Made by a program: the position numbers and the translations under genes | Notes under the pieces: model-generated | Seen by the model: the letters and a program-made list of their open reading frames with translations, nothing else | Told to the model about the DNA's origin: nothing | Database searches by the model: none | Shown: piece after piece, positions 1-10,138 of the stretch | Position numbering within the stretch: the first letter of the stretch is position 1 | Layout: every line of letters begins with the position of its first letter | DNA from: Porticoccaceae bacterium | GTDB taxonomy: Bacteria > Pseudomonadota > Gammaproteobacteria > Pseudomonadales > Porticoccaceae | DNA: 64,000 bases | Assembly (NCBI GenBank): GCA_964231105.1 | Contig: CAXRJI010000034.1 | Location: 30,235-94,234, forward strand | Direction of reading: 5' to 3'

Positions 1-137
1 TCAGAGGCTTGGTAGCCAGGTGCATGAGTATCCACAGTGCGCAAGATATGTTCCAGCAATTCTGGTGAAGCATCACCCAATACCTTGATAGGGTACTGGC
101 AGGGAAATTCTATTTGCGGCTTTTCCTGTTCGCTCAA
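1..137 (-). CDS. ybeD: YbeD/DUF493 family protein, 5' part (runs off window start)
   Basis: Manual translation from TTG at 137: SEQEKPQIEFPCQYPIKVLG..., the typical IEFPCxYPxKVxG N-terminus; usual position downstream of dacA. Not in the ORF track. Confidence 0.8.
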   Translation of the reverse strand, partial: MSEQEKPQIEFPCQYPIKVLGDASPELLEHILRTVDTHAPGYQAS

Positions 138-146
138 GGCAGATCT

Positions 147-1337
147 CTAGGACAATAGTTGTGTAAATAACAACAGAATCCAGTCAAAAAAGCGTGAAAA
201 CACACCCGCTAGAGGGATATCTTTTTCCGCCACAAGAGGCGCATTGACCACTATTTCATCATTAAGACTTATTTTAAGGCGCCCTAATTCCCGTCCAGCA
301 TAAACTGGTGCTTCAATATTTGTGTCAACCACCACTGTAGTTTGCAGATTCTTTTGCTGCCCCTTTGGAAGGGTAAGGGTTATGTCATCCGCAACGACTA
401 AATTAATAAAATCATCCTGACCATACCAGACAGGCACATTTTCTTTGATATTTTCTCCGGCAGAATAGATATTTAGCGTATCGAAATGCCTAAATCCGTA
501 GGAAAATAACTTTTGCGTTTGTCTGGTTCTGGAGTCATCACTGTTAGCTCCAAGAATCACGGATATTAAGCGCATACCACGGCGTTCCGATGAAGCCACT
601 AGGCAATAACCCGCCTCTTCAGTGTAGCCAGTTTTTAAGCCATCCACGCTTGTATCACGCCACAACAGTCGGTTGCGGTTGGGTTGTTTGATATTGTTGT
701 GCTCATAGTATTTCTTAGAGTATATGCTGTAGTACTTAGGATGATGTTGGATAATTGCGCGCGCTATCAGTGTTAAATCTCTTGCCGATGTGACCATACC
801 TTCGGCGGGTAGCCCTGTAGCATTGGCATAGACTGTATTGGACATACCCATTAACTCAGCCTGAAAATTCATATTGTCGGCAAACACGGTCTCATTGCCA
901 CTTATATGCTCTGCTAGGGCGATGGCTGCATCATTGCCTGACTGAATAATAACGCCGTGCATTAGTTCCAGTACTGAGACCTTAGATTTTGCACTCAAAA
1001 ACATAGTAGAGCCCTCAGTCCTGGCACCACCCAGCCTCCAGGCATTGTCACTAACTAGAACAAGATCGGTCTCTTTTAGGCGCTTTTCTGCTATGGCTTC
1101 AGAGGTGATATAGGTGGTCATCATCTTCGCTAAACTAGCAGGAGGCAGTCGCAAGTCTGCATTGTGCTCAACAATCACATGGCCTGTATTAGCATCAACA
1201 AGGATCCACGCTTTTGCATTAAGCTTGGGAGGATCTGGAAGAAATTGTGCTGCCAAGGCTGTACCTAATTGAGCGCAACACAATACACATAAAAACGTTT
1301 TGAAAAACCATTTCTTTAACATAAAACCTATACCCAA
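147..1337 (-). CDS. dacA: D-alanyl-D-alanine carboxypeptidase (PBP5/6)
   Basis: SxxK (PASLAKMMT), SGN and KTG motifs; C-terminal PBP5 domain; start could be ATG 1322. Confidence 0.93.
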   Translation of the reverse strand: MGIGFMLKKWFFKTFLCVLCCAQLGTALAAQFLPDPPKLNAKAWILVDANTGHVIVEHNADLRLPPASLAKMMTTYITSEAIAEKRLKETDLVLVSDNAWRLGGARTEGSTMFLSAKSKVSVLELMHGVIIQSGNDAAIALAEHISGNETVFADNMNFQAELMGMSNTVYANATGLPAEGMVTSARDLTLIARAIIQHHPKYYSIYSKKYYEHNNIKQPNRNRLLWRDTSVDGLKTGYTEEAGYCLVASSERRGMRLISVILGANSDDSRTRQTQKLFSYGFRHFDTLNIYSAGENIKENVPVWYGQDDFINLVVADDITLTLPKGQQKNLQTTVVVDTNIEAPVYAGRELGRLKISLNDEIVVNAPLVAEKDIPLAGVFSRFFDWILLLFTQLLS

Positions 1338-1432
1338 ACCGCTAATCTAAACTGCATTTAAAAAGTAGGAGGTATTTTACCACCTGTCACAGTTTATGCC
1401 CATTTTTGGCAGCAAAACTTATCCTATAAAAT

Positions 1433-2302
1433 CTATTGCTTAACACTAAATGCGGAAATATTTAGACGCAACTTAAGTTGTTCCTTTGTTGTCTGTAGTT
1501 CCCTATCATCTTGCAAAGGTCCCACCCAAACTTTAAAGGCTTGACCCACCTCTGTGACTAATGCCGGAACTGTGACCGCTTGTGCTATTTTGTTGGCAAG
1601 TGTTATTGCTGATTGGTGATTTTCAAAAGCCCCTGCTTGCAGGTATCGATCCAAGTTAACAGGCGTATTGTTTTGACTGTTCGCTTTGGGCACCGAGGGT
1701 CTAGATACATAACCTGTGGCGGGATTCAGAGCCTCAACAGATACTTTGGCCGTGCCATTAGCGGCAAAACCCAGTTTTAATGCGGCTACATAAGAAAGAT
1801 CAATAATTCTCGATTCATGAAAAGGACCGCGATCATTTACTCGAACAATCACTGAGCGCCTATTTTCTTGGTTAGTCACTCTGACATAGGTGGGTATGGG
1901 CAGGGTTTTATGGGCCGCGGTCATGGCATACATATTGTAAACATCACCATTGGATGTGCGGCGACCATGGAACTTGCTTCCGTACCATGAGGCTATTCCT
2001 GTTTCTCTAAACCCTTGGCTAGAATTCAACACATAGTAAGTTTTACCAAACTGCGTATAGGGACTTTTATTACCCGCTTTAGTAATGGGTTCAATTTTTG
2101 GAACAGCATCCTTAATGGCACTGATATCAACTGCTTGTCCGGGGCCATCTTTAATTGAAATACTGAGGGTCTGAAGATCACTGCAGGCACTGAGTATCAG
2201 AGCACAGAGGATAGAATATCGAGTTTTAGTTTGAGAAAGCAGATTAACAAGTCGTGTTAAAAATGTCGCAACAGATAGACTAGCAGTTTCCAATCGAGTC
2301 AC
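1433..2302 (-). CDS. rlpA: Septal ring lytic transglycosylase RlpA
   Basis: Lipobox LSAC; ASWYG..FHGR, TAAHKTLP, VRVNDRGPF, RIIDLS; C-terminal SPOR (YLQAGAF). Confidence 0.93.
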   Translation of the reverse strand: MTRLETASLSVATFLTRLVNLLSQTKTRYSILCALILSACSDLQTLSISIKDGPGQAVDISAIKDAVPKIEPITKAGNKSPYTQFGKTYYVLNSSQGFRETGIASWYGSKFHGRRTSNGDVYNMYAMTAAHKTLPIPTYVRVTNQENRRSVIVRVNDRGPFHESRIIDLSYVAALKLGFAANGTAKVSVEALNPATGYVSRPSVPKANSQNNTPVNLDRYLQAGAFENHQSAITLANKIAQAVTVPALVTEVGQAFKVWVGPLQDDRELQTTKEQLKLRLNISAFSVKQ

Positions 2303-3299
2303 AGTAACGCCCTTGAATACTTGTGCTGAGTTGGTACACCGCCATTGCGTATTTTATTCTCGGGTTGTAACGACCGATAACATATAAGTTATGCAACCCT
2401 AGCCAATATTCCTCACCATACTTTCCAGTTAGCAGAATTGGAAAGGCCTTATAGTCTTTATTGTAATTGGCAACGGGCTTATAGCCTTTAGCCTCAAGGT
2501 CGGCAATAGTCAGTTTGGGTCGGCGCAGTTTATTCAGTTCGTCAGCATTTGGTTTACCTATTACAAGGGTTCTGGTTGCCACTGGCTGACCCTTTTGCCA
2601 ACCATGCTCAACAAAGTAGTTGGCAACACTGGCGATTACATCATCAGGGTTATTCCAGATATCGGTCAGTCCGTCTTTATCGTAATCAACGGCATAATTG
2701 CGATAACTGTTAGGCATAAATTGTCCCCACCCCATTGCACCAGCATAAGAGCCTTTTAAAGACATCGGGTCTTGGTTTTGCTCGCGTGCTAATAAGAATA
2801 AGTGCTCTAACTGAGTGGTAAAAAATTTCTTACGTGACTCTCTTTTAACGTTGTAGGTATAGAAATCAAAGGCTAATGTGCTAAGCGCATCGACTACTCT
2901 GTGATCACCAGTATTGCGACCATAGTTAGTTTCAATGCCGATAATGCTCACTATAATGGCTGGATCTACGCCATATTCCTGTGCGACATCATTTAGGGTC
3001 TGACGGTTGGCTTGCCAAAATTCTATACCGCGCTCAATGCGTAAATCAGTGATAAAGATTTTTCTGTAGTCATACCAAGTTTTAACTTTCTCTGCAGGTC
3101 GACTCATGGCATCAACGATAGACTTTTGATAGCGCGCTTGCGCCATCCAATTTTTAATTTGCTGTCGGTCAAAGTTATGTTCATTGACCATACGCTCAAT
3201 AAAGGAACCTACCTCGGGATGCTTCGAATAGTCAGCAATACTGAAACTGGCGAAGGAAGCTGTAAGCGAAAATAACAGTGAAAGTATTAAATTTTTCAA
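2280..3299 (-). CDS. mltB: Lytic murein transglycosylase B
   Basis: IIGIETNYG catalytic Glu; GSYAGAMGWGQFMPNSY; SVANYF. Confidence 0.93.
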   Translation of the reverse strand: MKNLILSLLFSLTASFASFSIADYSKHPEVGSFIERMVNEHNFDRQQIKNWMAQARYQKSIVDAMSRPAEKVKTWYDYRKIFITDLRIERGIEFWQANRQTLNDVAQEYGVDPAIIVSIIGIETNYGRNTGDHRVVDALSTLAFDFYTYNVKRESRKKFFTTQLEHLFLLAREQNQDPMSLKGSYAGAMGWGQFMPNSYRNYAVDYDKDGLTDIWNNPDDVIASVANYFVEHGWQKGQPVATRTLVIGKPNADELNKLRRPKLTIADLEAKGYKPVANYNKDYKAFPILLTGKYGEEYWLGLHNLYVIGRYNPRIKYAMAVYQLSTSIQGRYCDSIGNC

Positions 3300-4432
3300 C
3301 GTTGAGTCCTAAGTTGTCTGGGTTCAGAGCTAATGGCCATTAGGATACCAAATCCAAAAAAAAGTGTAACAATAGCTGTTCCACCATAGCTAATCAGCGG
3401 TAACGGCACGCCAACCACAGGCAGTATGCCTGATACCATGCACATATTCACGAAAACATAGATAAAAAATGTGAGGCTTATGCTTCCAGCAATAAGTCGG
3501 CCAAATTGAGACTGCGCATTGACTGCGATCATCATGCACTGCCCTATCAAAATAAGGTAAAGTACAGAGAGCACAACGACGCCTAAGAGCCCAAATTCCT
3601 CAGCTAGCACAGCAATAATAAAGTCAGTATGGCTCTCAGGTAAAAAATTTAATTGGGACTGGGTGCCTTGAGTCCACCCTTTACCCTTTAACCCACCAGA
3701 ACCTATGGCGGTTGTTGATTGAATAATATTCCAACCCGCACCAAATTTATCATCCTCAGGCGATAAAAGGGTTAGTACTCGCTGCTTCTGGTAATCGCGC
3801 ATAACATATATCCACAATGCCGGTACTGCGGCGATGGCGGCTAAAGCACTAATAATTAAATAACGCTTTCTTAAACCCGCCAGAAACAGCACAAAAAAAC
3901 CAGAGGCAAAAACCAAAATAGCAGTCCCTAAATCCGGCTGTTGGACAATAGCTAATACGGGCACTAGCACCATAACAAGCGCGACAAATACATGCTTAAA
4001 TGTTGGCGGTATATAGCGCTTACCCAAGTAGGCAGACACCATCATAGGCACGGCTATTTTTGTTACTTCAGAGGGTTGAAAACGGGTAATCCCCAAATCC
4101 AACCAGCGTGTAGCACCTTTGGCTTCCACACCAAACAGCATAACCGCCATAAGCGAGAGAACTGCAATTGTATAGAGTAGAAATGCCCAACGCTCCCAAA
4201 AGCGCACTGGAAATTGAGCCGCTACCAACATGCCTAAAAAGCCAACAAACATAATCACTGCTTGGCGTTTTACATAAAAAAGACTTTTTTCACTGGCACT
4301 GTAGAGAATAAATAGACCTGCAACACACAATACGAGCAGTGTTAATAAGAGACCAAGATCGATATGAAAACGGTTGGCTGGCTTATCAATTCCTCGGGTA
4401 TCGAGGCGCCTGACAAAATCGTACTGCTGCAT
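3296..4432 (-). CDS. rodA: Rod shape-determining protein RodA
   Basis: SEDS motifs GATRWL, FQPSE, QPDLGTA, FLPESHTDFI, LPLISYGG; follows mrdA. Confidence 0.95.
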   Translation of the reverse strand: MQQYDFVRRLDTRGIDKPANRFHIDLGLLLTLLVLCVAGLFILYSASEKSLFYVKRQAVIMFVGFLGMLVAAQFPVRFWERWAFLLYTIAVLSLMAVMLFGVEAKGATRWLDLGITRFQPSEVTKIAVPMMVSAYLGKRYIPPTFKHVFVALVMVLVPVLAIVQQPDLGTAILVFASGFFVLFLAGLRKRYLIISALAAIAAVPALWIYVMRDYQKQRVLTLLSPEDDKFGAGWNIIQSTTAIGSGGLKGKGWTQGTQSQLNFLPESHTDFIIAVLAEEFGLLGVVVLSVLYLILIGQCMMIAVNAQSQFGRLIAGSISLTFFIYVFVNMCMVSGILPVVGVPLPLISYGGTAIVTLFFGFGILMAISSEPRQLRTQR

Positions 4433-4435
4433 CTG

Positions 4436-6340
4436 CTAGTTTGCCCCTATTCTTGTATTTCTGAATGCTGGATTTGACCTGTCACCGGCATATTGACTGC
4501 CGGACTCTTTAGTCTCCATATAAGCATCAATAACTTGGCGCGCTACAGGTGCCGCCGTTAAACTACCATGCTCTCCATTCTCAACAATAAGTGCAACTGC
4601 AATTTGTGGGTCCTCTGCGGGAGCAAAGGCAACAAATAGGGCATGATCCCAATTTCTTTTATCTATTTTTGAGGAATCATATTCTTCCTCTTCATTAATA
4701 CTAATTACCTGTGCGGTGCCAGTCTTGCCGGCCATTTTATATTTTAAACCTTGGCTGACTCCAACAGCTGTCCCCTTATTGGAATGCACAACATCAACCA
4801 TAGACTGGTGTACATAGTCCCAGTATCTCTGATCAATTTGAATATCCTCTTCCACTTGCATGTTTTCAACGTCTACACCATTGATCGCTTTTAACAAACG
4901 GGGCTTAACCATTTTTCCGCGCGATGCAATGCGCGCTGTCATCACAGCCAACTGCAGGGGTGTGGTAAGCATAAAACCTTGCCCAATACTCATATTGATC
5001 GTATCACCATTAAACCAGCCTTCGTTTCGGTATCTTGATTTCCACTGTCTTGTAGGCATGATGCCCTGCTTTTCGCCATAGAGGTCTATGCCAGTTCTTT
5101 TGCCCAAACTAAACTTGGTACTCTCATTGGCTAACATATCAATGCCAATTTTTACCCCTATGGTGTAGAAAAACACATCACAGGATTCAATAATTGCTTT
5201 AGAGAGATCAACACCAGCGCCGTGTCCACCCCGGTCTGAGTTGTGGTCACGCCAGGGGCGTGAAATACCCTCCATATAAAAATACCCTGGGTCATTAATA
5301 GCAAAATCCATATCAAAAATATCATTCTCTAAACCAATCAAGCCAAACAGCGGTTTTAGGGTCGAACCCGGTGGGTACTGGCCACGCAGAGCACGATTAA
5401 AGAGAGGCTGATCCAATGAATTGATTAACTTATCGTAGTCACGTTGGCTGATACCTGAAACAAACGGATTAGGATCATAAGTGGGTGTGCTAACCATACT
5501 CAGAATACCGCCTGTTTTGACATCCATGGCAACTAGCGCGCCACGCGTATCCTTGAGCGCCTCATGGGCAACCGCCTGAAGATAACTATCAATATACAGG
5601 GTAAGATCATCACCTGAGACAGGGTCTGTGCGATCTAAAACACGCATTACTCGACCCCGAGCATTGGTTTCTACTTGCTCAGTCCCCTGACCGCCCAGTA
5701 GATTTTTCTCATAGAATTTTTCTAAACCAATTTTGCCAATAAAATCGATCCCTCGGTACTGATTGAGATCTATGATTTGGCGTTCACGCTCATTAATTCG
5801 TCCCATATAGCCCACTACATGAGCAAAAAGATCGCCACTAGGATAAAAGCGCGTTAACTGCGCACTTACCTCTGCGCCCACCAGTGCGTGACCATTAACT
5901 GCCAGAACAGCCCGTTCTTTTTCGGTTAAATTATATTTTAAGGCAATAGGTTCAAAGGATTTACCCCGCTTAAAGCGCTTCTCAAAGGTTGATAAATCAC
6001 GCTCAGAGATGGTGATCAATGATCTGATTTGAGTGATTAGTTCATCAACTTTTTGCGTGCGGTCAGCAATAATATTAAGGGTAAAAGTTGGACGGTTGTC
6101 CGCCAGAAGAATTCCATTTTTATCAAAAATCAAACCACGAGGAGGAAGGACTGGTCTAATATGTATGCGGTTATTGTTAGAGTTTGTAATGTAGTCCTGA
6201 TGTCTAACAATCTGCAAATCGAAATAGCGGTATATCATAATTGAAGATAACATCAATACCAAAATAGCAGCCACCAACAATCTTACAACAAAGATTTTAC
6301 GTTCTGTATGCGGGTCTGATATAGCAGAATCTTGCAACAT
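4436..6340 (-). CDS. mrdA: Penicillin-binding protein 2
   Basis: PPRGLIFD, YPPGSTLK (SxxK), SCDVFFY, KTGTAQ; upstream of rodA. Confidence 0.95.
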   Translation of the reverse strand: MLQDSAISDPHTERKIFVVRLLVAAILVLMLSSIMIYRYFDLQIVRHQDYITNSNNNRIHIRPVLPPRGLIFDKNGILLADNRPTFTLNIIADRTQKVDELITQIRSLITISERDLSTFEKRFKRGKSFEPIALKYNLTEKERAVLAVNGHALVGAEVSAQLTRFYPSGDLFAHVVGYMGRINERERQIIDLNQYRGIDFIGKIGLEKFYEKNLLGGQGTEQVETNARGRVMRVLDRTDPVSGDDLTLYIDSYLQAVAHEALKDTRGALVAMDVKTGGILSMVSTPTYDPNPFVSGISQRDYDKLINSLDQPLFNRALRGQYPPGSTLKPLFGLIGLENDIFDMDFAINDPGYFYMEGISRPWRDHNSDRGGHGAGVDLSKAIIESCDVFFYTIGVKIGIDMLANESTKFSLGKRTGIDLYGEKQGIMPTRQWKSRYRNEGWFNGDTINMSIGQGFMLTTPLQLAVMTARIASRGKMVKPRLLKAINGVDVENMQVEEDIQIDQRYWDYVHQSMVDVVHSNKGTAVGVSQGLKYKMAGKTGTAQVISINEEEEYDSSKIDKRNWDHALFVAFAPAEDPQIAVALIVENGEHGSLTAAPVARQVIDAYMETKESGSQYAGDRSNPAFRNTRIGAN

Positions 6341-6357
6341 ATTAATAACCTAATTAT

Positions 6358-6825
6358 CTAACTGCGATGATAAGGATGATTAGTATTAATTGTCCATGCC
6401 CTGTAAAGTTGTTCCATAACCATAATGCGCACCATAGGATGAGGTAGTGTCAAATCCGAGAGAGACCATCTCATATTGGCGCGCGCCAAACAATCAGTGG
6501 ATAGTCCGTCTGGTCCACCGATCAGCAGACATAGATTTTGCCCGCTCATTTGCCATTGCTCAAGCTGAATTGCAAGCCCTTCGGTTGATAAAGGCTTACC
6601 CAAAACATCTAGAGCAACAACAAAATCATGCTCATGAATGCTCTTAAGAATAGCCCGGCCCTGATTTTGCATTGGCTCAGAGGACGGATTTCTGCCTCTT
6701 ACATTAACGGGAATCTCAATCAGTTCAACCTTTAGCTCAGATGGCATACGTTTGGCGTACTCCTTAAAACCGCTATCCACCCAATTTGGCATTTTCGTAC
6801 CAACAGCTAATAGTTTGATCTTCAT
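6358..6825 (-). CDS. rlmH: 23S rRNA m3Psi1915 methyltransferase
   Basis: MKIKLLAVGTKMP, IGGPDG, LPHPMVR, EQLYRA, HPYHR. Confidence 0.96.
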   Translation of the reverse strand: MKIKLLAVGTKMPNWVDSGFKEYAKRMPSELKVELIEIPVNVRGRNPSSEPMQNQGRAILKSIHEHDFVVALDVLGKPLSTEGLAIQLEQWQMSGQNLCLLIGGPDGLSTDCLARANMRWSLSDLTLPHPMVRIMVMEQLYRAWTINTNHPYHRS

Positions 6826-6831
6826 AAGTGA

Positions 6832-7221
6832 CTAGTCACTTTCACCATCGGGCGAACCCCACAAACTGCTTACCTCTTGGCTCTCTGGCACAGGATCATT
6901 GGGCCTAACCGACCACAAGCGCTCAAGATCATAAAATGCACGAGTTGCTGGCAACATGATATGGATAATAATTTCACCAAAATCCACAAGGATCCATTCG
7001 GCGGTATTTTCACCCTCTATACCCAGCAAACTATAGCCAGCTGCCTTAGCATCCATCACCACAGCATTTGCCAGCGCCTTGACTTGACGGTTGGAATTAC
7101 CCGAGGCAACAACCATGGTGTCCATAATGCCAGTTAACTCGCGCACATCAATTAAAGTGATATCAATTGCCTTAATTTCCTCAAGGGCATTGATAACAAT
7201 TTCTTTTAGGGATTTTGTCAT
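6832..7221 (-). CDS. rsfS: Ribosome silencing factor
   Basis: KAIDITLIDV, ASGNSNRQV, WILVDFG, YDLERLW. Confidence 0.94.
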   Translation of the reverse strand: MTKSLKEIVINALEEIKAIDITLIDVRELTGIMDTMVVASGNSNRQVKALANAVVMDAKAAGYSLLGIEGENTAEWILVDFGEIIIHIMLPATRAFYDLERLWSVRPNDPVPESQEVSSLWGSPDGESD

Positions 7222-7237
7222 AACAACTATTTACTCA

Positions 7238-7891
7238 TTACTCATACAGGTGGTTAGTTTTTATATAATCGACTACTTTATCAGGAGTCATTGAAGAAAT
7301 ATTTTCGCCACGCTTAATGGTATCGCGAATAGTCGTTGAAGACAGTTCTAACATCATAAGATCACAAAAATAAATACAGCCATTAGCCTTGTTTTGCACC
7401 TCATTTATATCGTCACAGCGATAACGTGCAACCCAATGGCCGATATCACCATGCTCTGGCACTGGCCAACCAGGCCTAGGTGATATCGCAATATGGCAGT
7501 AATCTAAAAGATCCTGCCAACAGTGCCAAGTATTCAAAGACGACAATACATCCATACCTAAACATAAGAACAGAGGTACCGTATCGCCAACCTCTTGCCT
7601 AACCAATTTTAAGGTATCAATGGTGTAGCTCGGCCCAGCCCTATTAAGCTCTAGATCATCCGCTATAAGTAGCGACTGATCGCCCAAGGCCAAGTTCAAC
7701 ATAGCCAAGCGCTGTTTAGCAGTGACATCGGGTTTTGCTCGGTGGGGCGGTGAGCCACAGGGTAGCAAGCGCATCTGCGACACCTGTAACAACTCTGCCA
7801 TTTCTTCAGCGATTTTTAGATGTCCGAAATGAACCGGATTAAAGGTGCCGCCAAATAGAGCAACCGATGTATTACTGACGGATCTGTCCAT
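7238..7891 (-). CDS. nadD: Nicotinate-nucleotide adenylyltransferase
   Basis: [27 protein letters not shown]; ATG 7891 preferred over the ORF-track start 7903. Confidence 0.93.
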   Translation of the reverse strand: MDRSVSNTSVALFGGTFNPVHFGHLKIAEEMAELLQVSQMRLLPCGSPPHRAKPDVTAKQRLAMLNLALGDQSLLIADDLELNRAGPSYTIDTLKLVRQEVGDTVPLFLCLGMDVLSSLNTWHCWQDLLDYCHIAISPRPGWPVPEHGDIGHWVARYRCDDINEVQNKANGCIYFCDLMMLELSSTTIRDTIKRGENISSMTPDKVVDYIKTNHLYE

Positions 7892-9128
7892 CACCCAGAA
7901 CAACCCACTTTTGGCTGGTAAGGCCCTCTAAACCGACTGGACCTCGCGCATGAATTTTATCGGTAGAAATACCGATTTCGGCACCTAATCCATACTCAAA
8001 GCCATCCGCAAAACGCGTAGACGCATTGACCATCACAGAACTCGAGTCCACTTCAGTAATAAACTTTTGCCCGCGATCAGAATCTTCAGTAACGATTGAT
8101 TCGGTATGCCCAGAGCCATAGCGATTAATATGCGCAATCGCCTCCTCAATACCTGAGACAATTTTTACCGCCAGCACAGGGGCTAAATATTCCTGATACC
8201 AATCTTCCTCTGCAGCCTTATTAAGGCCCGATACAATGGCGCAAGATTTAGCACAACCGCGCAACTCAACCTGCTTTTCAGCATAAATTGATGCCAACTC
8301 TGGCAATAGGTCTGGGGCTACAGATTGGTCAATTAACAGCGATTCCATGGCATTGCATACCCCATAGCGGTGGGTTTTAGCATTGATTGCAATGGCTACA
8401 GCTTTATCTCTATCTGCTTCACCGTCTATATACACATGACAGTTGCCATCTAAGTGCTTAATAACAGGCACCCGAGCATCCGAACTAATGCGTTCGATTA
8501 AACTCTTACCGCCACGGGGCACTATGACATCTACATACTCGGTCATGGTAATTAATTCACCCACCGCAGCGCGGTCAGTGGTGGCTACTACCTGCACCGC
8601 AGACTCTGGCAGTCCGGCATCAGCCAACCCCTGAGAGATACAGCGGGCAATGGCTTGATTGGACTCAATCGCCTCACTGCCACCGCGCAAAATGGTGGCA
8701 TTGCCAGACTTTAAACAAAGACTCGCCGCATCAATGGTTACATTGGGTCGCGACTCATAAATAATGCCCACTACACCCAGAGGCACACGCATCTTGCTTA
8801 GGTTAATGCCACTAGGTCTTTTGCCCAAATCAGTGAGCTCACCCACTGGATCGGGCAGAGCCACTACTTGAGCTAGACCCTCAATCATGCCATCAATACG
8901 CGCATTATTAAGCTCAAGGCGATCCAAAAGCGCCGCATCCAAGCCGCTTGCACGCCCCTTTTCCATATCGATTTGATTGGCCTGTATTAGGCTATCGCGC
9001 TGTTGCTCCAAACGCTGGGCAATGGCTTTTAGGGCATTATTTTTGATCTCTGTGGAACTAGCCGCCAAAACGCGCGAGGCTGCCTTGGCAGCACTGCCTA
9101 GATCATTCATATACTGTTTAATATTCAT
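7872..9128 (-). CDS. proA: Gamma-glutamyl phosphate reductase
   Basis: [55 protein letters not shown]. Confidence 0.97.
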   Translation of the reverse strand: MNIKQYMNDLGSAAKAASRVLAASSTEIKNNALKAIAQRLEQQRDSLIQANQIDMEKGRASGLDAALLDRLELNNARIDGMIEGLAQVVALPDPVGELTDLGKRPSGINLSKMRVPLGVVGIIYESRPNVTIDAASLCLKSGNATILRGGSEAIESNQAIARCISQGLADAGLPESAVQVVATTDRAAVGELITMTEYVDVIVPRGGKSLIERISSDARVPVIKHLDGNCHVYIDGEADRDKAVAIAINAKTHRYGVCNAMESLLIDQSVAPDLLPELASIYAEKQVELRGCAKSCAIVSGLNKAAEEDWYQEYLAPVLAVKIVSGIEEAIAHINRYGSGHTESIVTEDSDRGQKFITEVDSSSVMVNASTRFADGFEYGLGAEIGISTDKIHARGPVGLEGLTSQKWVVLGDGQIRQ

Positions 9129-9295
9129 GCTTTTATATATAGGTGCTATTTTTGAGCGCCATTATACGATAGCGCTATAGCAAAGTGCTATCGTAGGCAT
9201 ATGGGAGGAAAAGCGCTATCGCAGCAATATGGCAGTATATAGCGGGTAAGGTGAGTTATTTTTAACCAAGCCTCGTATACTTAAAGGTTATTTAA

Positions 9296-10129
9296 TTGAG
9301 TTTAAAACCCATGCAAGATGCCGTAGAAAAACTGGTCAGCAATAAAAAATGGTTAGTGCTAACCGGTGCCGGTATCAGTGCCCAATCGGGTGTGCCGACC
9401 TACCGCGACAAAAACGGCGTTTGGCAACGCAAACCTCCCGTAACCCACCAGCAATTTATGCAAGATCATCAAGCGCGACAGCGCTTCTGGTCGCGCAATA
9501 TGGTGGGCTGGCGATTTATGTCTCAAGCTGAACCCAATCATGCCCATCGCGCTCTGGCTGAACTAGAAAAGTGCAATGCGCTAGATCATGTGGTGACGCA
9601 GAATGTTGATGGTCTGCACCAGCAGGCGGGCAGTCTTAAGGTAACTGATTTGCATGGACGTATTGATAGGGTTAGCTGTATGGCCTGTGGTGCGTCCCAG
9701 TCGAGAAAAGATCTTCAAAACTGGCTGGAACAAAATAATCCAGACTATGTTCAACTATCTGGCCATCTTGGGCCCGATGGCGATGCCGATATTGATGACC
9801 TAGATTATTCCCATCTTACGGTGCCCCCCTGTGAAAGATGTGGCGGCATACTTAAACCCGATGCAGTCTTTTATGGCGATTCGGTGCCTAAACAACGCCT
9901 TGCCAAGGTAGAGCAGTTAATGCAGAAAGCGCAGGGCTTGGTGGTAGTAGGTTCATCCCTAACGGTATTTTCTGGATACCGTTTTTGCCTGTGGGCACAA
10001 CAGCAGGGCAAACCGATTGTGATACTTAATGAAGGTCAGACTAGAGCCGATACAATGGCTACTATTAACTACCGCGGGCCTTGTTCACCGGCGTTGCAAC
10101 TATGGCAGCAAACTGTTGAGAAGCACTAA
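9296..10129 (+). CDS. NAD-dependent protein deacylase (sirtuin, class II/SIRT4-like)
   Basis: LTGAGISAQSGVPTYR, RQRFWSRNMVGW, TQNVDGLH, zinc ligands CMAC...CERC, LKPDAVFYG, GSSL; start TTG 9296 or ATG 9311. Confidence 0.9.
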   Translation: MSLKPMQDAVEKLVSNKKWLVLTGAGISAQSGVPTYRDKNGVWQRKPPVTHQQFMQDHQARQRFWSRNMVGWRFMSQAEPNHAHRALAELEKCNALDHVVTQNVDGLHQQAGSLKVTDLHGRIDRVSCMACGASQSRKDLQNWLEQNNPDYVQLSGHLGPDGDADIDDLDYSHLTVPPCERCGGILKPDAVFYGDSVPKQRLAKVEQLMQKAQGLVVVGSSLTVFSGYRFCLWAQQQGKPIVILNEGQTRADTMATINYRGPCSPALQLWQQTVEKH

Positions 10130-10138
10130 ATTTAACAG

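Noticed and set aside
7238-10129. Functional NAD link between nadD and the sirtuin
   Set aside because: nadD belongs to the conserved proA-nadD-rsfS-rlmH block, so the proximity is probably incidental.
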